Virus record (IMG/VR): IMGVR_UViG_3300021514_000002
Location: 32,001-96,000 of that record
Source of the DNA: a virus
Lineage: Duplodnaviria > Caudoviricetes
Length of the DNA: 64,000 bases
Direction: 5' to 3' (one strand)
The stretch's first letter is position 1. Each line of letters opens with the position of its first letter. Made by a program: the position numbers and the translations under genes. The notes beneath the pieces were generated by a model. The model was given only the letters and a program-made list of their open reading frames with translations, was not told the DNA's origin and ran no database searches. Below, piece after piece: positions 58,649 to 64,000 of this stretch.

Positions 58649-59155
58649 TTAGTGTAAATTTCTGTAGTAGTTATTACATTTTGGTTGTATACAACCATCT
58701 ACAAAAAATAAATATTTTCTATGTAAACTACTACCACATTCATCACATATACTAATACTACCTTCCTTAATTATTCTACCGAGAGGTGCTATTAGCTCTG
58801 GTACGTCTGTTATTGGCTCTGGTACGTCTGGTAATTTTTTTTGTACTACACGAAGTTTTATATCCTTATAAAATAACATAATTTCTTTAGTGTGCCATTC
58901 TTTAATTAAATGTTTTAATCGTTCTGTTGTTAGTTCTGCCTTGAAATAAAAACAGACCTCGCGCTCATTATTTTCTCTATCTTTAATAGAAACATTTTTA
59001 TTGCAAAGAATCTTTAGTTCGCGACATTCCTTAAGAAAATTGACAGCTTCTGACGGTTCAAGTGAAATTTCCGCAGGCACACCACCTTTCTTTTTGGCTT
59101 CTGTAATTAGTGAATCCATTGCCAACATCATTTTATTTTTAATCGTCATTAACAT
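58649..59155 (-). CDS. hypothetical protein
   Basis: ORF track; C-terminal CDEC...C..PKC. Confidence 0.55.
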   Translation of the reverse strand: MLMTIKNKMMLAMDSLITEAKKKGGVPAEISLEPSEAVNFLKECRELKILCNKNVSIKDRENNEREVCFYFKAELTTERLKHLIKEWHTKEIMLFYKDIKLRVVQKKLPDVPEPITDVPELIAPLGRIIKEGSISICDECGSSLHRKYLFFVDGCIQPKCNNYYRNLH

Positions 59156-59417
59156 CGTTTTGCCTTTTAATGTCTTTGATTTCTTTGGTTATGTTAACGA
59201 CCGCTGCGACTGCAACATCTCTTATAATAGTTATTGTTTGTTTAATTTCCGCTTCTGTTTTTAATTCCCATTCTTTTTCCGCATCATTAAAGTTGAGAAA
59301 AAGGAATACAATAAGAGCAGTAATCAAAACAGACCAAAATAAATTATCAATTATAATGAGTTGAACCACCCAAAGTATTAATATAACAAAACAACCCGCT
59401 AAGATAATTGGAATCAT
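59139..59417 (-). CDS. small membrane protein
   Basis: two TM segments. Confidence 0.5.
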   Translation of the reverse strand: MIPIILAGCFVILILWVVQLIIIDNLFWSVLITALIVFLFLNFNDAEKEWELKTEAEIKQTITIIRDVAVAAVVNITKEIKDIKRQNDVNDD

Positions 59418-59692
59418 TGTATTACCTCATAACATGTATAGCTTTCTCTACAAGCCCATAAACTACCATCAGAATGTCGTTGCATTTTAACAGTATTATA
59501 TGAGCGCCTACTATTATCAATATGAATAGGAGGTATAGATTCAACATTTGGTGTTGAATAAGAAATATCGTCATTAATACTATTTTTTACGCTATTCCCC
59601 GCACCGATAGCAATGATGAAAAGAATTGTTATAATTGCCATAACAACAATTAATTCAATTAATGTAAATCCTTTCTCTTTCATGTCTACCAT
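59414..59692 (-). CDS. type IV pilin-like protein (prepilin cleavage/methylation motif)
   Basis: KGFTLIELIVVMAII. Confidence 0.75.
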   Translation of the reverse strand: MVDMKEKGFTLIELIVVMAIITILFIIAIGAGNSVKNSINDDISYSTPNVESIPPIHIDNSRRSYNTVKMQRHSDGSLWACRESYTCYEVIQ

Positions 59693-60543
59693 TTCATTTT
59701 TTCCGTTAACACGCTAAAGAAGTTCCAGTCCTTTGGTCTCCAAATTTTAACTTCTTGCGGATGTTTTCTAACTCTAAATTCAACTATAGTACCAGCAGGC
59801 TTAGTACAGGTAAATATTGGTTGGCCATCGGCAATAATATCAATTCTTGGAACACGGTCGGTTAGTTCAACCTGTACCGTTATTATATCACGGCCTGTTG
59901 TAATAATAGGACGAGAAGTTAATGTATGTGGAATTAATGGAACAACCTGCATGATGTTAGTAGATGGGCTTACGATTGCACCACCTGCCGATAACGTCAT
60001 TGCAGTAGAACCAGTGGAGGATGATACCAGTACACCGCTACCTAATTGTTTACTAACAAAATGTTCATTAATAAACACTTCTGTTATAAGCGGCGCATTT
60101 ATCCCATTACCACTAACCACAAATTCGTTCATTGCTTTCATTTTAAATGGTTCTTTAAAACCTTCCCCATTTATAGAGTATTGGCCTTCAAGAATCATTC
60201 GTTTTTCAAGGATAACATTATTTTCATATAAAATGTCATCAAGATACTTATTTAAATTATGGGGGATTTCTTCTGTTAAAAATCCAAGCGTGCCTGTATT
60301 TAAACCAAGTACGGTAGAATTTTTATAATTAACAGATGCGCGCAATGCACCAAGCATCGTACCATCGCCACCAATAGAAACGATTAAAGCACGTTCTTCA
60401 AAACTATCAGGATACCAAAACGTTGTTGGAATCCCACGCGATTTGCCATAAGAATAAACAAGATCTGCCACCCGCTGGGTTTCGGCATCCTCACCTGGTT
60501 TACAAAAAATCATTATACAATCAAATGTAGTAGGCATATTCAT
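59686..60543 (-). CDS. nadK: NAD kinase
   Basis: SIGGDGTML, GLN.G.LGFL, NE, SSTGSTA..LSAGG. Confidence 0.9.
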   Translation of the reverse strand: MNMPTTFDCIMIFCKPGEDAETQRVADLVYSYGKSRGIPTTFWYPDSFEERALIVSIGGDGTMLGALRASVNYKNSTVLGLNTGTLGFLTEEIPHNLNKYLDDILYENNVILEKRMILEGQYSINGEGFKEPFKMKAMNEFVVSGNGINAPLITEVFINEHFVSKQLGSGVLVSSSTGSTAMTLSAGGAIVSPSTNIMQVVPLIPHTLTSRPIITTGRDIITVQVELTDRVPRIDIIADGQPIFTCTKPAGTIVEFRVRKHPQEVKIWRPKDWNFFSVLTEKMKW

Positions 60544-60553
60544 AATAAATTCC

Positions 60554-61495
60554 TTACTTGCTAAATTCTAACATTCTTTCTACAGGTTTAATTGCAGCTG
60601 CAATCATTTCATCAGAAAGATAATCAATTTCAACACCAGCGGTACCATTAATAGATTCTTGCACCAACTCAAGCGTGTTTTGTTTCATAAACGGACATGC
60701 GTTACACTGACATCCTGTATAAGTTGGTGCCAATCTAATGTCTAAATCTGGCCGAGCTTCACGCATATTATACAGCAAACCTTCTTCCGTTGCAACATAA
60801 ATTATCGCTTGCGTATTGGATGTTTTAGGTAAATCTTTAATAAATTGTAACATCTTACTTGTTGAACCCACCATATCTGCACGCTTTAATACTGGCAATG
60901 GTGATTCAGGATGTGCAATTAAGTACTTAGGGCCGTCTGACCATGTTCCCATAGCCTTGTTAATTTCATCTTCTTTAAATTTATCATGTACGTCGCAAAC
61001 TGCATCCCATACTGTCATATCGTATCCATATTGATAATTCAAATATGCGCCCATGTTTCTGTCAGGTGAAAATATAACTTTATTTCCTTTGGCAATTTCT
61101 GCGGCAACAACATCATCAACATTACGCGATGTTACGATAATATCTGCTAATGATTTCATTTTAGCGTCAGAATTGATATACATTACGTGTGTGGTTTCAT
61201 AGCCAGCCAGTGCATTAAAAAATCGTTGGTTGGCGTCCCATATTTCTAATAGTTGGAAGTTTGTTTGTTCAACTAAAGAGCATGATGACTCTGCGCTTGG
61301 TAGGATGACTTCTGTGTCAGGCACGATCATCTTAGCCGTTTCAGCCATGAACCTAACTCCCGCGAAAACAATACGTTCAGGGTTGATTTCTTTGGCTTTC
61401 ATTGCTAATTCTAATGAGTCACCAACAAAATCTGCCATTTGTTGGACTTCTGGAATCGTATAATAATGAGCGAGAACTAAAGTATTTTTATCCAT
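60554..61495 (-). CDS. nadA: quinolinate synthase
   Basis: LAHYY, AD.VGDS, F.GV.FMAE, CSL, YINS, PD.N.G, C.VH, HPE, GST, CPFM. Confidence 0.9.
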   Translation of the reverse strand: MDKNTLVLAHYYTIPEVQQMADFVGDSLELAMKAKEINPERIVFAGVRFMAETAKMIVPDTEVILPSAESSCSLVEQTNFQLLEIWDANQRFFNALAGYETTHVMYINSDAKMKSLADIIVTSRNVDDVVAAEIAKGNKVIFSPDRNMGAYLNYQYGYDMTVWDAVCDVHDKFKEDEINKAMGTWSDGPKYLIAHPESPLPVLKRADMVGSTSKMLQFIKDLPKTSNTQAIIYVATEEGLLYNMREARPDLDIRLAPTYTGCQCNACPFMKQNTLELVQESINGTAGVEIDYLSDEMIAAAIKPVERMLEFSK

Positions 61496-61496
61496 G

Positions 61497-61841
61497 TTAC
61501 CCCTCCACGAAGGTACAAACCTTCTTCATTTTGCGAATGATAGTAATAAATTTACTGTCGATGGTATTGCTAAATGATCCGCCGAATTCTGGCTGAACGA
61601 ATTCAAAAGTTTTACGTCTTGGATTGTAAGTTCCATCGGGGTTTAATTTACGAATGGTTACAGTCCATCCTGCTGGATAGTAATCACCGGGACCATGACC
61701 ATAACCGTCCCCGTCCATTAAAGCACTTTCGACGATATACACATGACGATTAAGGTCTTTTGGAAATTTTGTAAAATGTGATGGGCTTTTAACATTGGCA
61801 AACGTAATAACATTACCAATTTGTAATTTTTGTGTGTTCAT
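61497..61841 (-). CDS. hypothetical protein heading the nadA-nadK unit
   Basis: ORF track; same RBS GGAGGATTTCC as NAD genes. Confidence 0.65.
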   Translation of the reverse strand: MNTQKLQIGNVITFANVKSPSHFTKFPKDLNRHVYIVESALMDGDGYGHGPGDYYPAGWTVTIRKLNPDGTYNPRRKTFEFVQPEFGGSFSNTIDSKFITIIRKMKKVCTFVEG

Positions 61842-61867
61842 CGGAAATCCTCCAATAAGTTGATACG

Positions 61868-61886
61868 GGTGGGGTCTATCCCCACC
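61868..61886 (-). promoter_or_regulatory. GATAGAC-loop hairpin in leader of hyp-nadA-nadK
   Basis: GGTGGG-GATAGAC-CCCACC; promoter TTGACA-N17-TATAAA at 61927-61899. Confidence 0.7.
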
Positions 61887-61923
61887 GCTTATATTATATT
61901 TATATCATATTGTAGCCATAATG

Positions 61924-62475
61924 TCAAGCTAATTCGTTACAGATTAATCCACGTGTTTCGGTAAGAACCTGACCTAGCCAATTAGTGCCTTTCCATGTAG
62001 TAGGATTAAACGCATCTGGATTATCTTCAGCCAAGCCAACGCCCCAGATTTTATCAACAGGACTTGCTTCGACTAATAAATAATTGGCAGTTTTTTCTAA
62101 TGCTTCAAATAATTCTTCATTCTGTGAGAATTTTGCAAGATTCGCCCGTAATACGAAATCACGACAGACGGCATTCCAAGCTGCAGGATTAAAGTTTTTA
62201 ACACTGCGACCAATCATTTGTTGCGCTCGTGGATATTTTATAAATCCTGATTGTTTTGTTTCTGAACCAATACAATCCATAATTTCTGCTTCAGCAAAAA
62301 AATCACCAAACATTCTTGCCTTTGATGCCATCATGTATTGTTCGGCACAATTATATTCTATGCCTTCAATTTCAAATGGTGAATAAAACCATTGACTAAA
62401 TGGTCCACGCCAGAAACATAACGTCATATATTCTTCTGATGTTGGGTATTGATTAACTAATTCTAACGGTGTCAT
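61924..62475 (-). CDS. NADAR family protein (YbiA-like)
   Basis: FSQW, AEQYMMA.KA..F.D, GR.V.NF, KFSQN, EASP.D.IWG.G, G.NWLG. Confidence 0.9.
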   Translation of the reverse strand: MTPLELVNQYPTSEEYMTLCFWRGPFSQWFYSPFEIEGIEYNCAEQYMMASKARMFGDFFAEAEIMDCIGSETKQSGFIKYPRAQQMIGRSVKNFNPAAWNAVCRDFVLRANLAKFSQNEELFEALEKTANYLLVEASPVDKIWGVGLAEDNPDAFNPTTWKGTNWLGQVLTETRGLICNELA

Positions 62476-63637
62476 CTTTTATATCCTTTCTAGTTGGGCC
62501 GTAGCTCTTGTATTGGAAACGTATGCGTTTCATTGTAAAATCTTCTATGGCTTCCATTCCGTCTTCATTTAGTTGGTCAAGACACGTAATAGTATAAGCA
62601 CGTTTCGCACCACGCGGTGCATAGTTTAGAAAATCTTTATCTGTAATGCTTTGCATTAAGCGTGAATCTAAAATACCAAATCGTAATTCGCCTTGGAATT
62701 GATTTGGAATATTTGTTTCATCTACAATATCATAATATTCTGGCATTGCAGGGCGTTCATCATCTAGTGGACCAGCACCATGGCGTGTAGTATAAGCACG
62801 TGTAACATAATTAACAGTTACATCATGTTCCCCTGGAATCGTTTTAAGTATTTCGCTTATATTTTTCATGCCGCAATTTGAGCGTGTAACATGTGGAAAA
62901 TATCCATAGTCCATGTCAAGTAATAAACCTTGTGCACCTTCAAAGATAAGTGTGTTATTTTCAAAATATGAAGCGTCAACAACTTCTATATGTTGGAGCA
63001 TAAATTTACAATCATCTACAAAATCGTACATAACTTTATCATTATATAAGATTGACAAGAAATTTTCACCAACGTTATCCATGTTGATTCTTGTTGGTAT
63101 ATAATCTTCACGAATTGCATCTTGTTCCATTAACAGTCTATTTAACATTACATCTTTAGATAAATTATAAGATGTTAATAAATCATTAACGGTTAAATGT
63201 GAAAATGTAAGTTTTCGTTCTAGTGTTTCACCGAAACCAACCCCACAACTGCCATGGGCATCATCCCCACGCATCAATTCCAAGCTTTGATTTAATAACA
63301 TATCGAAAGGTGTTGTTATAATACTTTCAGGATCAATATATATTTTAGGTTCAATCCCAAATTCCTTAACAAATAATTCATATTCTTTTCTAAACAATAT
63401 TGGATTGCTTACAAAGAAACTACTTAAAAAAGTTGGAGAACCATTAAATGTTCCTGCTCCAAAGTGTGAAAATACATGTCGTTTCCCATCTGGCGTTACA
63501 ACAGTATGACCAGCTTGTGCCCCACCATTAGAACGAATAACAACAGCATCATTATACTGCGAAGAAAAATAATCAGTCATAAGACCTTTACCACTGTCAC
63601 CATAAGCAGAATCTATTATAGCTATTACGTTACTCAT
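62453..63637 (-). CDS. purA: adenylosuccinate synthetase (phage short type)
   Basis: GDSGKG, R.NGGAQAGHT, HGSCG.G, FEGAQG..LD, Y.TRHG.GP, TCLD. Confidence 0.85.
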   Translation of the reverse strand: MSNVIAIIDSAYGDSGKGLMTDYFSSQYNDAVVIRSNGGAQAGHTVVTPDGKRHVFSHFGAGTFNGSPTFLSSFFVSNPILFRKEYELFVKEFGIEPKIYIDPESIITTPFDMLLNQSLELMRGDDAHGSCGVGFGETLERKLTFSHLTVNDLLTSYNLSKDVMLNRLLMEQDAIREDYIPTRINMDNVGENFLSILYNDKVMYDFVDDCKFMLQHIEVVDASYFENNTLIFEGAQGLLLDMDYGYFPHVTRSNCGMKNISEILKTIPGEHDVTVNYVTRAYTTRHGAGPLDDERPAMPEYYDIVDETNIPNQFQGELRFGILDSRLMQSITDKDFLNYAPRGAKRAYTITCLDQLNEDGMEAIEDFTMKRIRFQYKSYGPTRKDIKDDTVRIS

Positions 63638-63646
63638 AATATTCAC

Positions 63647-64000
63647 CTATTGAAATTGATTTATTGTTTGTATATAATTTTCTGTATTGTCAAATATATC
63701 ATAATTGAATGTTTCAGAATATCCACTTTTAATATATTTTTTTGCTTGTGTAAAAGTATTTCTTTTGTATTTTTTTAAAATATTGCTTTCCATTTTTTGT
63801 GGTATATTGCCATCTTCAAACCATTCATTAAATAATACAATAACCGTAAAATCTTTATTTACTTGTAAACGTTTAATTCTTACATCTATATCACCATTAG
63901 TAATTCCTATTTTATAAAATGTACACTCATCACTTACAAACTTAATATAGTAAAGTAATCCACCTTTTGTTGGAATGAATCCTCGCCTTGCACAATCAGG
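63647..64000 (-). mobile_element. 3' part of GIY-YIG/T5orf172-like endonuclease (paralog of 19749-20456), truncated by window end
   Basis: manual translation ...PDC.RRGF...LLYYIKF...YKIGIT...E..IL...GYSETF. Confidence 0.65.

Noticed and set aside
62453-63637. PurA homolog as PurZ (2-aminoadenine DNA pathway)
   Set aside because: The P-loop is GDSGKG with the catalytic Asp retained, whereas PurZ has Ser there; no DatZ/MazZ genes are seen in the window.
944-63778. Most plus-strand and short overlapping ORFs in the track
   Set aside because: Antisense shadows of longer minus-strand genes or tRNAs with no RBS or motif; only five plus-strand genes are accepted.
1-64000. Genome-wide TGA-to-Trp recoding
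   Set aside because: Many genes end in TGA with ATGA overlaps and standard-code ORFs tile the window; only the RF gene needs readthrough. No suppressor tRNA was found in the window.
1-64000. CRISPR array
   Set aside because: No run of regularly spaced direct repeats; the only repeats are the two-copy RNA at 44122-44297 and coding low-complexity repeats.

Overview
AT-rich, gene-dense segment of a large lytic dsDNA phage (T4-superfamily/jumbo type; host most likely a proteobacterium, judged from GroES, 7Fe ferredoxin and KdsA). Almost all genes are on the minus strand. They are driven by sigma70-like TTGACA-N17-TATAAT promoters and T4-like late (T/C)ATAAATA promoters. Content: two RNA ligases, CCA-adding enzyme, Pth2, YqeY, an RF1-like release factor with an in-frame UGA, 14 tRNAs, spanins, putative internal head proteins, a glycan-modification cluster, PagL-like and KdsA genes, an extended NAD module (NAMPT, NadM-Nudix, NadA, NadK, two NADARs, macrodomain), CoaD, PurA, PepA, two DNA methyltransferases and several free-standing endonucleases. 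Top observations: (1) an unannotated 33-codon leader peptide with a 1:2/2:3/3:4 attenuator in front of an RNA ligase-like gene and tRNA operon, whose 18 consecutive sensing codons use only the six amino acids (V,T,I,K,N,A) served by all tRNAs in the window; (2) two covarying copies of a structured RNA upstream of a RING/TROVE-like/TerD gene; (3) an RF1-like gene with UGA at a conserved Trp; (4) Lys, Asn and Thr tRNAs with non-canonical long variable arms; (5) a shared GAYAGAC-loop hairpin and RBS in front of three NAD transcription units. All family assignments come from motif recognition by eye; no database search was run.
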